A stretch of 64,000 bases of DNA. Source: an uncultured Bacilli bacterium. GTDB lineage: Bacteria > Bacillota_I > Bacilli_A > RF39 > UBA660. How positions within the stretch are numbered: the first letter of the stretch is position 1; each line of letters starts with the position of its first letter. Both the position numbers and the translations under genes were made by a program. Below the pieces are notes generated by a model. That model saw nothing but the letters and a program-made list of their open reading frames with translations, was not told the origin of the DNA and did no database searches. Location: the NCBI GenBank assembly GCA_963931515.1, contig OZ007022.1, positions 882,122 to 946,121 on the forward strand. The letters are read 5' to 3'. Below, piece after piece: positions 1 through 9,959 of the stretch.

Positions 1-697
1 CTTTAGATACTTGGATAGTGCCATCTTTATCTTCTTCAGCATTGGTGATGATTATATCTAAGGTGGTTAAAGCACTTCTAGCATCACCGTTGGCATAGTT
101 AGCAATTATTTTTAAGTCTTCTTCGCTAATGTTTATTTTTTGTTTACCAAAACCTCTTTCATCAGTAATAGCTCTTTTAAGTAAGGTTAAAATATCATTA
201 CTAGATAATTCTTTTAAGACAAATACTCTACATCTTGAAAGTAAGGCGTTATTGATTTCAAAGGATGGGTTTTCGGTGGTGGCGCCAATTAAGAAGATTG
301 AGCCTTTTTCAACGAATGGTAAAAAGGCATCTTGCTGGGCTTTATTAAATCGATGAATTTCATCGACAAAGACAATGGTTTTGATACCTAGTCTCTTATT
401 ATTTTCGGCATCTTCCATAACTTTTTTAATTTCTTTGATACCTGAGGTTACAGCCGAGAATGTAATAAATTCAGATTTTGTTTCATGGGCAATTATTCTA
501 GCTAATGTGGTTTTCCCTACTCCTGGTGGGCCCCAAAAAATCATGGAAGATATGTTATCTGATTCAATCATTTTTCTAAGTAGTTTACCCTCTCCTATTA
601 AATGAGTTTGACCGGCAAATTCAGTTAGGTTTCTTGGGCGCATTCTAGATGCGAGTGGTTCATTTTTAGGTATTTCAAATAGTGACTGTTGATGCAT
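1..697 (-). CDS. rarA: Recombination factor RarA/MgsA (AAA+ ATPase); N-terminal part, gene runs off the window start
   Basis: Minus-strand translation from ATG at 695-697 (RBS GAGGTGA): MHQQSLFEIPKNEPLASRMRPRNLTEF...MIFWGPPGVGKTTLARIIAHET (Walker A)...VFVDEIHRFNKAQQDAFLPFVEKG. Not in the ORF track because the 3' end is outside the window. Confidence 0.8.
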   Translation of the reverse strand, partial: MHQQSLFEIPKNEPLASRMRPRNLTEFAGQTHLIGEGKLLRKMIESDNISSMIFWGPPGVGKTTLARIIAHETKSEFITFSAVTSGIKEIKKVMEDAENNKRLGIKTIVFVDEIHRFNKAQQDAFLPFVEKGSIFLIGATTENPSFEINNALLSRCRVFVLKELSSNDILTLLKRAITDERGFGKQKINISEEDLKIIANYANGDARSALTTLDIIITNAEEDKDGTIQVSK

Positions 698-1041
698 GTT
701 ATCACCTCTAATAAAATTATATATTATTGGTAGTTTTGATTCAAGTTTGGGTTTTAAATAGAGCTATTAATGCAATTGCTTGTGTTGTTCTAGTGACAAA
801 AACTCGACATTCATTCCTGCTTTTATTGACATTGTCATCGTTAAATCAAAATAGAATTTTTTACTTTTTTATATCAAATATATCATAATCCAACTTTTAT
901 GAGAATTATTACGATAAATATCAACACGATTTTATATTTTTTTCACATGAATGTGTTATAAATGGTTTATAAAATAAAGCTTTCTTAAAGTAAACTACTA
1001 TAATTAAACCACCATTAATTTCGTTATGGTGGTTTCTATAT

Positions 1042-2280
1042 TTATCTTTTTTTATTTCCTTTTCCTTTTGTTAATTCATCGTATAAATTTTTTAAGTGGG
1101 AATTATCCAAATTTGGTAAGTTTTCAATAATAACATTTGCCATGCGAGCTTTATCTTCGTCTGAAAATTCAATATATTCGTCTGGGTCTACTGGTGGTAA
1201 TTCGCTATCATCTTCTAAAGAAATTGTATAGTCAAAATCATTTTTATGATATATTCCAACACTTTCTGATATTGATGATAGTTGCCCATTTAAAAATCTA
1301 CTATTTTTCCACCCTTTACTACTGATAAATAGGCTTTCAGCATCTGATGTTGGTAAATTATTTTGTATATTAGCTTTTTTATTAATCATAGAAAAATTTC
1401 TACTAAATTTATATGGTCTATAAGCTGAAAATACAAAATCTAAATCATAATTTCTAATGAAATCGTTTAGCAAAAACAAATCTGATTTTAAATGAGAAGT
1501 CTTGGCTTCTAGTGATGTATCAATTGTTTTATCATAAAATATAACGCCAGAAGAATGTTCTAACATTCCCATTCTTTCAAATGCATAATTTTTCATTTCT
1601 ATTTTTGGAAAGTTAAAGGTATGATTTAGTTTTCCTTCTAAAACTGCATTTATAATTCTAGTTTCATTTGCTAGTATTTTTTCTAAGACAGTAAATAAAT
1701 CTTTTCTATCAGTCATTAATGATTTTATATTATCAGAGTGATTGAAAACACTTTCAAATTCTTGCATATTGGCTTTGATGACTTTTTCTTCTAGACCTAA
1801 TATGTGAAAAAGTCTAGTTGAAGAAATAGTTACTTTGGTTTTTTTTCCAATACTACTATCAATAATAAACACTTTATCTTTATATAATTTTTCATATAAA
1901 TACATATTATGTTCTAAGGCTTTGAATATTTGCTCTAGTTGCTTTTCTGTTAAAAGAGAATTTAAATTTTTTATTTGTTCTCCTTTGTGTAGAGTAATAC
2001 TTAAATCCTCTATAGATAATTTGTAAATTTTTGTTTTTTGAAATTCATCAATAAAGTCATAAATTATATCATATAATTCATATTGTTTTATTATTTCTTT
2101 TACATCTTCAAATTGCATTAATAACATCATTAAAATTTCCGTTGTATTTTCTTCTATATCTAACTGTAACACACCAATTAAATCTATACCATATTTTTGG
2201 ATTAAATGATGATTACATAATTTTAAAAAGTTTGCTAGGTCGCTTGTTGTTATTATTGATTTGCTTTGGTCATTATACAT
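1042..2280 (-). CDS. Hypothetical protein, 412 aa, acidic C-terminus, no recognisable motif
   Basis: Long ORF with RBS GGAG 8 nt upstream of the ATG; sits between rarA and an IS3 element. Confidence 0.55.
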   Translation of the reverse strand: MYNDQSKSIITTSDLANFLKLCNHHLIQKYGIDLIGVLQLDIEENTTEILMMLLMQFEDVKEIIKQYELYDIIYDFIDEFQKTKIYKLSIEDLSITLHKGEQIKNLNSLLTEKQLEQIFKALEHNMYLYEKLYKDKVFIIDSSIGKKTKVTISSTRLFHILGLEEKVIKANMQEFESVFNHSDNIKSLMTDRKDLFTVLEKILANETRIINAVLEGKLNHTFNFPKIEMKNYAFERMGMLEHSSGVIFYDKTIDTSLEAKTSHLKSDLFLLNDFIRNYDLDFVFSAYRPYKFSRNFSMINKKANIQNNLPTSDAESLFISSKGWKNSRFLNGQLSSISESVGIYHKNDFDYTISLEDDSELPPVDPDEYIEFSDEDKARMANVIIENLPNLDNSHLKNLYDELTKGKGNKKR

Positions 2281-2396
2281 AAATATGTCTCCAATCTATT
2301 CTTAATTTATTTCATATACGTTTTTTTTGTTGATGTTAGTATAGATATATAGACACAAAAATATAGAGAGTGATAAAATAAAATCAACGAAAGGAA

Positions 2397-2678
2397 GTGT
2401 CTATAATGACTAGAGGAAAACGTTATGATGAAGATTTTAAAAAAATGATAGTTGAATTATATACAGATCAGAATAAACCAGCTAGTGAAATAGAACGTGA
2501 ATATGGCGTAAGTAATGCAAGCATATATAAATGGATAGAGGAATATTCACCTATCAAAACAGACGATGGAACCGTTACTAACAATAAAGAAATTAAAAAG
2601 TTAAAAAAGGAATTAGCTCAAACCAAAGAAGAATTAGAAATACTAAAAAAAGCGATTGCCATATTCACGCAAAAATAG
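2397..2678 (+). CDS. IS3-family transposase OrfA (HTH domain)
   Basis: 93 aa with helix-turn-helix and leucine-zipper-like C-terminus (KKLKKELAQTKEELEILKKA); A7G at 2644-2651 near its 3' end. Confidence 0.8.
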   Translation: MSIMTRGKRYDEDFKKMIVELYTDQNKPASEIEREYGVSNASIYKWIEEYSPIKTDDGTVTNNKEIKKLKKELAQTKEELEILKKAIAIFTQK

Positions 2679-2728
2679 AAGATAAAATTAATTTTATTAA
2701 TAAATATAAAAGTCAATATAATGTAAGA

Positions 2729-3562
2729 TTGTTATGTGAGTGTTTAAATATTCATCATTCAGTTTACTATTATCATTGCAATCATAAAGAAAATAGTTAT
2801 CATAAATCAAACCAAGAATTAGATGAGAAAATAAAACAAATATATTTTGAATCTAAGCGAAGATATGGTTCACCTAAAATAACTAAAGTGTTAAACCGAA
2901 AAGGCGTTAAAGTAAGTCAAAAAAGAGTTGCTAGAAGAATGAAAAAATTAGGTCTAAGAAGTATAATTGTTAAAAAATATAATCATGCAAGTAGTTCAAA
3001 AAGCGATGAAACAAAAGAATATTCAAACCTTTTAAAGCAAGCTTTTTCAGCTAATAAACCAAGTGAGAAATGGGTCAGTGATATAACTTATATTTATACC
3101 AATGAAACAGGATGGACATATTTAGCTGTAGTTATAGACTTATTTGATTTAAAAGTGGTTGGTTGGTCTTATGGAATCAAAATGACAGATGACTTAGTAA
3201 TAGATGCTTTTAAAAAAGCAATGATAAATCGTGGATTAAACAAAGATGGTATATTTCATTCTGACAGAGGTAGTCAGTATACATCAAATGATTTTGGAAA
3301 ATTATTAAACCAACATAATATAAAACATTCATATAGTAAAAAAGGTTATCCATATGATAACGCAAGTATGGAAAGCTTCAATGCCATATTAAAGAAAGAA
3401 GAAGTAAATGTTAATACGTATAAAACATTTAAAGAAGCAAAACTAGCAATCTTTGAATTTATTGAAAGTTGGTACAACAATCACAGGATTCATAGTACAC
3501 TAGGATATATAACTCCAAATGAAAAATTTAATCAATATAAAGCTAGTTTAGCTATAGTTTAA
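2729..3562 (+). CDS. IS3-family transposase OrfB (DDE integrase core); probably made as an OrfAB fusion by -1 frameshift
   Basis: rve-type catalytic core (WVSDITYI...HSDRGSQYTS...YDNASMESFN); the -1 frame is open from the A7G site (2644-2651) into this ORF; annotated start is TTG. Confidence 0.8.
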   Translation: MLCECLNIHHSVYYYHCNHKENSYHKSNQELDEKIKQIYFESKRRYGSPKITKVLNRKGVKVSQKRVARRMKKLGLRSIIVKKYNHASSSKSDETKEYSNLLKQAFSANKPSEKWVSDITYIYTNETGWTYLAVVIDLFDLKVVGWSYGIKMTDDLVIDAFKKAMINRGLNKDGIFHSDRGSQYTSNDFGKLLNQHNIKHSYSKKGYPYDNASMESFNAILKKEEVNVNTYKTFKEAKLAIFEFIESWYNNHRIHSTLGYITPNEKFNQYKASLAIV

Positions 3563-3613
3563 ATTTCTCTTAAAAAATGTGTCTAAAAACTTGACCTAAA
3601 TCCAGATTGTCTT

Positions 3614-4033
3614 TTATTTACATGTATAGCCTTGCACTTCTAAAACTTGTTTTAATTCGGAGATGGTTATTTCTTGGGTGGTGTCTATTCCTATGAAACT
3701 ACCACCATGTTCTTTGGTTACAAATCTAATTCCATCATCGGTTACAGAGGCGCTCATATATGGTTTAGTTTGTCTTATCATATTAACATAATTTTGTCTT
3801 TGGTCTAAAAGTTCTTCTGGGAAAATCATATTAACGGTAAATACCATATCTTTTATTTTTTTATTATTAACTTTTATTTCTAGGTTTGATTTTGTTTTAA
3901 TATTAGATGAGGTGCCTTCGGCTGTGCAGGTTAAGGTTTTGGTGTTTTTAGAGTCAATTAAGAAAACTATAATTCCAAATGCTATGAGTAATAATACTAT
4001 AAATACTATCAACTTTTTATCTATTTTTTTCAT
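3614..4033 (-). CDS. Hypothetical membrane-anchored protein (139 aa)
   Basis: N-terminal TM helix; last gene of a ccdA / thioredoxin-like / this-gene operon on the minus strand. Confidence 0.5.
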   Translation of the reverse strand: MKKIDKKLIVFIVLLLIAFGIIVFLIDSKNTKTLTCTAEGTSSNIKTKSNLEIKVNNKKIKDMVFTVNMIFPEELLDQRQNYVNMIRQTKPYMSASVTDDGIRFVTKEHGGSFIGIDTTQEITISELKQVLEVQGYTCK

Positions 4034-4040
4034 ATATTTC

Positions 4041-4496
4041 CTACTTTCCTAAGACATCCATTATTTTATCTTCATTTACGGCTCCAACTAATGTTTCTTT
4101 AACTTTGCCATTTTCAAATATTATGAGTGTTGGAGTAGCGCTGATTTCATATTTTTCTATGATTTCATCATTTTCACTATCATCCATGTCAACGGTTGCT
4201 ATTTTGAGATTTTCATTATTTTTGGCAATATCTATTAATGTAGTTAACATAGCTACACAAGGTGGACAGGATTTAGATGTAAATTCTAAGACAACTGGTT
4301 TATCTGATTTTAAAACTTCTTTTGAAAAGTTTTCATCAGTGACTTTAACTATTCCGACATTGGCAGCTTCTTCTGGCTCTTCTAAGTTACTTTGACTAAA
4401 ATAATAGATGCCGGTGAATGCACATAATATAGCTATAAAAATTACGATTTCAATTATTAATTTTACTTTTTTATTCATGTTATACCTCCTAACCAA
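4041..4496 (-). CDS. Membrane-anchored thioredoxin-like thiol-disulfide oxidoreductase (TlpA/ResA-like)
   Basis: N-terminal TM anchor plus thioredoxin fold with CPPC active site (SKSCPPCVAM). Confidence 0.7.
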   Translation of the reverse strand: MVRRYNMNKKVKLIIEIVIFIAILCAFTGIYYFSQSNLEEPEEAANVGIVKVTDENFSKEVLKSDKPVVLEFTSKSCPPCVAMLTTLIDIAKNNENLKIATVDMDDSENDEIIEKYEISATPTLIIFENGKVKETLVGAVNEDKIMDVLGK

Positions 4497-5142
4497 TTAT
4501 GCCGATAATTCCTGTGATGGTGTACCAAACTCCACTTAGAATTAAGATGCTTCCCGATATTTTGTTTATGATATTATAATGTTTCTTTATGAAGTCAAAG
4601 GTGCTTTTCATTTTTTCTAGGAATAATGTTGTTACAATAAACGGGATGGCAAGTCCTAGAGAATAGATTAATAATAAGGTTGCTCCTTTTAAAACACTGC
4701 CTGTGGTGCTGGCTAATATTAAAGCGGATGATAAGAAGGCACCAACACATGGGGTCCATGATAATGAGAAGATTATGCCAAATAAGACTGATGTTATAAA
4801 TGTTAAGTTTTTCTTTTCTTGATTTGTGCCTTTTGTTTTATTTAAAAATTTGATGAATAAGACACCGATATAATTTAAACCAATTATGATTAAGAATATT
4901 CCAAAAATGATATTGATATAATCTGTATACTCATGAACAAATTTGCCAAAAGTACTGGCAAATACACCTAAGAGAATAAAGATTATACTGAATCCGCAAA
5001 CAAAGCCTAATGAATTAATGATGGATTTTTTCATACTTTTACTTTCGGTAGCAAAATAAGAAATATAAATTGGAATTACAGGTAATATGCATGGTGAGAT
5101 GAAAGAAGCAATTCCCTCAATAAATGTAATTAGATATTCCAT
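4489..5142 (-). CDS. ccdA: Cytochrome c-type biogenesis / disulfide reductant transporter CcdA (DsbD family)
   Basis: Polytopic membrane protein with the two conserved cysteines (FISPCILP and WTPCVG). Confidence 0.7.
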   Translation of the reverse strand: MEYLITFIEGIASFISPCILPVIPIYISYFATESKSMKKSIINSLGFVCGFSIIFILLGVFASTFGKFVHEYTDYINIIFGIFLIIIGLNYIGVLFIKFLNKTKGTNQEKKNLTFITSVLFGIIFSLSWTPCVGAFLSSALILASTTGSVLKGATLLLIYSLGLAIPFIVTTLFLEKMKSTFDFIKKHYNIINKISGSILILSGVWYTITGIIGIIG

Positions 5143-5284
5143 TTTTAACCTCCATACTATTTACTTAACACTATCAATGATAACACAAAAGAATTTTCTA
5201 TTCAACAGAGTGCACACTATATTTGTATAATCTAAAACTTAGTTTTAATAAATTATGAGCTAAATAAATAAGCATTATTTTAAT

Positions 5285-6034
5285 TTACTTTTTTAATACT
5301 TTTGTTATATAGTCAAATCCATTTTTTATTTTTTCTTCCGTAGTAATATTTTTACTATAAATTTTTCTTAATTTATCCATTACTAAAGTTTTGCCATCAT
5401 ACATTTCATAAAAGCTAGCATATCCCTTTTCTTTAAAATCAAATATATTTGAAAATGGCTTATTATTTAAAATTGGATCTGTTACCATTTCACTATACTG
5501 CCATACTATATATGGTGATTCAAATTCGGCTCTTGGTGTTTGTGGGTATATGGTTTTCCATTTTTCAAACCAGAGAAAGTGCAATGTTTCATGGGCGCAT
5601 GTTTCTATTAATTGCTGATCACTCATATTAATTGAAACGGAAAAACTAAAACTATCTAAATACCTAGGGAACACAGGTATTAAGCCTACTCTTCCCTCAA
5701 CTATGTCTATGTTATTTGGCCAGCTTATCTTTAAGTAGTTAGATAATGTTTTAAAATAAAGGTCATTGTATGGCTGCCATATTTCATTATATCTTTGAAT
5801 TTCTTTTTCTATTTCATTTTTATGTTTTTCATAACTTTCTCTAACAACATTTTCAATTATTTGGTTTATTTTTTCTTTTGAAAGATTTTTGTCTAGGTTT
5901 TCTAATTTCGGAAAATATTTGATAGTAAAATTATGAATATTAAATAAATCGTCATTTTCATAGTAGGCCCATTTTATAAGTTCTATGTTTTCTTGCAAAG
6001 ACATTTTTCTAAATTTTAGTTTTGGGGTTTTCAT
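5285..6034 (-). CDS. Hypothetical protein with an HExxH motif (CAHETLHFLW); third gene of the Y-family polymerase operon
   Basis: ORF overlaps the preceding small gene by 26 nt; true start may be the internal Met (MSLQENIEL). Confidence 0.5.
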   Translation of the reverse strand: MKTPKLKFRKMSLQENIELIKWAYYENDDLFNIHNFTIKYFPKLENLDKNLSKEKINQIIENVVRESYEKHKNEIEKEIQRYNEIWQPYNDLYFKTLSNYLKISWPNNIDIVEGRVGLIPVFPRYLDSFSFSVSINMSDQQLIETCAHETLHFLWFEKWKTIYPQTPRAEFESPYIVWQYSEMVTDPILNNKPFSNIFDFKEKGYASFYEMYDGKTLVMDKLRKIYSKNITTEEKIKNGFDYITKVLKK

Positions 6035-6239
6035 TAATATTCTCCTTTACATTTTTATTTAATTTGTCATTATTAATATTTATTATATCATTTATTCTAG
6101 TGATTTCGTTTATTTTTTCTTGATAACCTTTTAAGGCCGAAAAGGGAGCAAACTGAGCGGAACGATTTTTTAATGACATTGGTTTTCTTTTTTTAGATAC
6201 ATGATGTGGCATATTTATAATATCATCATAGTTAGGCAT
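6009..6239 (-). CDS. Small protein (76 aa) co-operonic with the Y-family polymerase (YolD-like by position only)
   Basis: Overlaps the polymerase ORF by 8 nt; no motif recognised. Confidence 0.4.
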   Translation of the reverse strand: MPNYDDIINMPHHVSKKRKPMSLKNRSAQFAPFSALKGYQEKINEITRINDIININNDKLNKNVKENINENPKTKI

Positions 6240-7719
6240 GATGGCCTCCTATTTGTTCGTTTCGCTTTTTGGTGGTAGCGACTTTTTCTAAATCCATAAG
6301 TTTTAAAATGGAATTTTTGCCATATTTTTCTTTAATGTTTAAAAGGGTCCCCTGGAGTTTTCTTTCTTTTGCTTCTTCTCTTTTTTCATTTTCTAAAATG
6401 TTAGTTTGTTTTTCTGAATCTGAAAATAAATCTAGTTGATGATATTTTGTTTTATGAATTTCTAATTTTTCATCTGTTACATCAATGGCGGTTAGGTTAA
6501 TTCTTTTGATTAATAGTTTGGGATTAATAATTTTATCATATAGTTTTATTAGGTTATTCATGATTATTTTAGAAGATGATGTTTTATGGGTTAAGGTTAT
6601 GGTCCCGTGAGCATGTTTAGGAATTTTTCTTCCATAAAAGTCAGTGGTTATTTCTCCTTCATAATTATTATTTATGTTTTGAATGTCATAACCAATGGTT
6701 AAGGTTAGTTTATCTGTGACAAGGCTTTTGGCTGTAAGGTCAAGGGCAAGTGAATCAGCCATTTCACAGATAACTAATTTAGTTTCTTTATAATTATATG
6801 GACAATCAAGTACTTGACCTGAGGTTATACATCTATTATTTGGAGTATAGGATTTTATAGACTCTATTGTACATGGCTCATATCCCCAAGCATGATCGAT
6901 TAATAGTTCGGCATTTATACCGAATAATTTATAAAGTAAGTCTTCATTTTGAATAGAACATCTAGCAATATCTCCCATGGTATAGATGCCATACTTTTCT
7001 AATCTTTTGGCTATTCCTTTACCTACCCGCCAAATATCGGTAATTGGTTTATGATACCATATTTGTTTTCGATAAGACGTTTCATCAAGTTTAGCTATTC
7101 TAACACCATATTTGTTTGGCTTTGTGTGTTTGGCAACGATGTCCATTGCAACTTTAGCTAGAAATAAATTGGTACCTATGCCAGCAGTGGCAGTAATACC
7201 TGTTTGTTTATAAATGTCATTAATTATTTTGGTGACAAGTTCTTCTGAGGCAAGGTTATAGTATTTTAAATAATTAGTTATGTCGGCAAATATTTCATCA
7301 ATGGAATATACAAATATGTCATCACTTGATAAATATTTTAGATATATGCTATAGATTTTGGCTGATGTATCTATATAATGAGCCATTCTGGGTTTGGCTA
7401 TTATGAAAGATAATTCTTTGGTTTTATCTTTTTTTAATTCATCATCATTAGATGATCGACCAGTAAATGGTTTATAACTATTTTGTTTTTTTCTTAGTTT
7501 ATTTATTTCTTTGACTTTTGATATTACTTCAAATAGTCTTGCTCTACCACCTACTCCATACTGTTTTAATGATGGGCTTACGGCAAGGCAAATGGTTTTT
7601 TCAGTTCTTTCTTTATCAGCAACAACGAGGTTTGTTTTTAAAGGATCTAATCCTCTTTCTACGCATTCTACTGAAGCATAGAAACTTTTTAAATCGATAC
7701 ATATATATGTCTTTTCCAT
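6232..7719 (-). CDS. Y-family (translesion) DNA polymerase, UmuC/DinB/UvrX-like
   Basis: N-terminus MEKTYICIDLKSFYASVECVERGLDP and palm/fingers region typical of the ImpB/MucB/SamB family; 495 aa. Confidence 0.8.
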   Translation of the reverse strand: MEKTYICIDLKSFYASVECVERGLDPLKTNLVVADKERTEKTICLAVSPSLKQYGVGGRARLFEVISKVKEINKLRKKQNSYKPFTGRSSNDDELKKDKTKELSFIIAKPRMAHYIDTSAKIYSIYLKYLSSDDIFVYSIDEIFADITNYLKYYNLASEELVTKIINDIYKQTGITATAGIGTNLFLAKVAMDIVAKHTKPNKYGVRIAKLDETSYRKQIWYHKPITDIWRVGKGIAKRLEKYGIYTMGDIARCSIQNEDLLYKLFGINAELLIDHAWGYEPCTIESIKSYTPNNRCITSGQVLDCPYNYKETKLVICEMADSLALDLTAKSLVTDKLTLTIGYDIQNINNNYEGEITTDFYGRKIPKHAHGTITLTHKTSSSKIIMNNLIKLYDKIINPKLLIKRINLTAIDVTDEKLEIHKTKYHQLDLFSDSEKQTNILENEKREEAKERKLQGTLLNIKEKYGKNSILKLMDLEKVATTKKRNEQIGGHHA

Positions 7720-7744
7720 TTATATCACCATAATTATTTTATCA

Positions 7745-7758
7745 CGAACGTTTGTTCT
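7745..7758. promoter_or_regulatory. LexA (SOS) box candidate upstream of the Y-family polymerase operon
   Basis: CGAACGTTTGTTCT fits the Gram-positive consensus CGAAC-N4-GTTCG; 27 bp upstream of the polymerase start codon. Confidence 0.55.
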
Positions 7759-7821
7759 TTTGAATGATTTTTTTGTTTTTGGAAAAATTTTACAAAAAAA
7801 GATTATATTTTGATAACCTTG

Positions 7822-8496
7822 TTATGTCAAAAATATAAGCCATATTCCTAAGATGATAAAAATAATAAAAGTGATTATACTAAATTTACTAATACTAATT
7901 TTTTTCATATTGTTTTTTTCTAGGGCTTTGGTTTCTCCAATATGTTTTAGACCAAATAGTTTGGTTTTACTTAAATCTTCACTTGTGTATAATCCGAAAG
8001 CCATTGGATTATCATATTCTGAGTATTCAAAGTCTTTTAATTTTAATAGATCAAAAAACATGATTAAGTCAGCTGAACATCCTGATATATTTAAAATGGA
8101 CAACCAAATTAATACATTATTGTTTGTAAGAATTCCTATGATATAAGTAATAACTCCAATTATGATGAATGGGAATAATAAAGAAATTAAAATATTTCTT
8201 TTACTGATATTTTGTTTACATAAACAACATAATATCCCCTTCTCTAGATGAGCACCATAGGTAATGTTTTTGAATTTGGCACCATTAATAACGTAAGCTA
8301 TACTATGAAGTAATTCGTGGAGAATTAGATATGGAATGATAAGTAAAAATATTAATTCAAAATCTTTATCAGTCATAGTAATCTCATTAGAGAAAAAGAA
8401 AGTTATGAATATCATAATAATAAAAATTATAACTGATATTATTTGGAGAATTACTCCATTCATTTCATATATACAGTATTTCTTTTCTTGGTTCAT
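7822..8496 (-). CDS. Membrane protein with HExxH motif (DUF3267-like putative zincin peptidase)
   Basis: Several TM helices and HELLHSIAYV motif. Confidence 0.5.
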   Translation of the reverse strand: MNQEKKYCIYEMNGVILQIISVIIFIIMIFITFFFSNEITMTDKDFELIFLLIIPYLILHELLHSIAYVINGAKFKNITYGAHLEKGILCCLCKQNISKRNILISLLFPFIIIGVITYIIGILTNNNVLIWLSILNISGCSADLIMFFDLLKLKDFEYSEYDNPMAFGLYTSEDLSKTKLFGLKHIGETKALEKNNMKKISISKFSIITFIIFIILGIWLIFLT

Positions 8497-8645
8497 TTTG
8501 CGACTCCTATAATTAATTTATATGTATTAATGTTTTTTTGTAATTTTGATAGAGCAATTTTACTTTTATTTTTGCTATACTTCACCTCTATGCTTTTTAA
8601 TACATTTTAATTATAACATAACTTCTTTAGCTAATATAGTCTCTA

Positions 8646-8660
8646 CTGATTACGGGAGTT
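8646..8660. repeat. 15-nt fragment identical to part of tRNA-Gly, inverted relative to the gene
   Basis: ctgattacgggagtt is the exact reverse complement of plus 10133-10147 inside the tRNA-Gly gene. Confidence 0.6.
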
Positions 8661-8699
8661 TTAGCTATTTTATATAAGAACAAAATACCAAAATAAATT

Positions 8700-8812
8700 T
8701 TGGCATTAGCTTACCTCACGGTAAGCTTTTTCTACTTCACAGAAACCTAAGGCTTCTCCATAGACCAGTATCGGATGGTTGCCACCCTAATTTTTTTGTC
8801 AAAATTTATTGA
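8700..8812 (-). ncRNA. Candidate omega-RNA (reRNA) scaffold in the right end of the tnpB element
   Basis: Directly abuts the tnpB stop codon (8813-8815); two hairpins (gcttacc-tcac-ggtaagc; agaaacc-taa-ggcttct); the second locus copy keeps the hairpins through compensatory substitutions. Confidence 0.45.
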
Positions 8813-9959
8813 TTAAATAGATTGTTCAATTCCTCTCATATATATTTCTAAACCTTTAAACATTATATTAACTGCTGCATTATAATCACGTTCATGCTCT
8901 ATATGACATATTGGACATTCCCATTTTCTTATACTTAAATCTTTGACTTCCTTATTTTGATAATTACAAACATTGCATATTTGACTACTTGGATAATATC
9001 TATCTATTTGTATCAGTTTTTTATTATTCCAGTTAGCTTTATATTTAAGTACTCTAATTATTTCTGATATTGGGTTTTCATTTAAACCTTTTGCTACATA
9101 GTGATTCTTCTGCATATTTCTTACATCTAAATCTTCAGTTACTATAATGTCATTTTCGTTTATTAGTTTATTTGTTATATCATGTATCATATGTTTTCTT
9201 GCATTTCTTATTTTTTGATATAATCTTTGTATTTTTAATTTCATTTTATATCTATTTTTACTTCCTTTTTTACATCTTGATATTCCTCTTTGTAAGCCTA
9301 TCATTCTTTTTGTGTTAAGTTTTATATTATTTTCTATTTTCTCATTAAATGATGTTACTATTAAATCTTTTATCCCTAGATCTATTCCTATTATACTTGT
9401 TGGAACAAAAGATGGTCGTATTAATTCTTCGTTGGTTAAGACACTTACATAATATCTTCCTGCATCTTTTTTAATTACGGCACTTTTTACCTCACCAGGT
9501 ATAATATTTTTATTCCTATATCCTCTAATTTTTACTTCTTTTAATTTTGGTAAGGTAATTGTCTTATTTTTTAAATCTAATTTTATACTGTTATAATTAT
9601 TACCTTTATAACCACTTTTTATATTATTAGTTTTATAACTTTCATGAACTCCTTTAGCTTTAAATCTAGGATAACCACTTCCGTTATAAAATCTTTTATA
9701 AGCATCTTCTAAATTAAATAGACTATTTCGAAGTGCGCAGCTATCAACTTCTTTTAAAAATGGATATTCTTTAGAAAGTGATGGTATCAATTTAATTTGG
9801 TCATAAGCTGTTTTACTTTTGCCTGCTATCTTATATTCTTTAATTTTATCATCTAAAAAATAATTATATATAAATCTAGCGCAACCAATAGTTTTATTAA
9901 TTAACTCTTCTTGCTTTTCATTAGGATACATTCTAAATACATAACCTTTTAGTATTTTC
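8813..9959 (-). CDS. tnpB: TnpB (IS200/IS605 OrfB; RuvC-like RNA-guided nuclease family)
   Basis: MKILKGYVFRMYPNEKQEEL start typical of OrfB; C-terminal zinc finger and RuvC-III region (CNVCNYQ...WECPICHIEHERDYNAAVNI). The track ORF extends to 10030 from an upstream start; ATG at 9957-9959 is preferred. Confidence 0.8.

Larger units (their letters stand above)
2300..3612 (+). mobile_element. IS3-family insertion sequence (boundaries approximate)
   Basis: orfA and orfB in the 0/-1 frame arrangement with an A7G slippery run; imperfect inverted TAGACACA-containing ends near 2350 and 3585. Confidence 0.6.

Noticed and set aside
129-605. Track ORFs 129-356 and 375-605 on the plus strand
   Set aside because: They lie antisense inside the rarA coding region, whose minus-strand product has clear AAA+ motifs; low-complexity translations.
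1006-1036. Hairpin accaccat/atggtggt downstream of the 412-aa gene as its terminator
   Set aside because: The T-run follows the hairpin on the plus strand, not the minus strand where the gene lies; too ambiguous to annotate.
8646-8660. Reading the tRNA-Gly fragment as an integrase attachment site or target-site duplication
   Set aside because: It is inverted relative to the intact tRNA gene, IS200/IS605 elements make no target duplications, and no integrase is adjacent.
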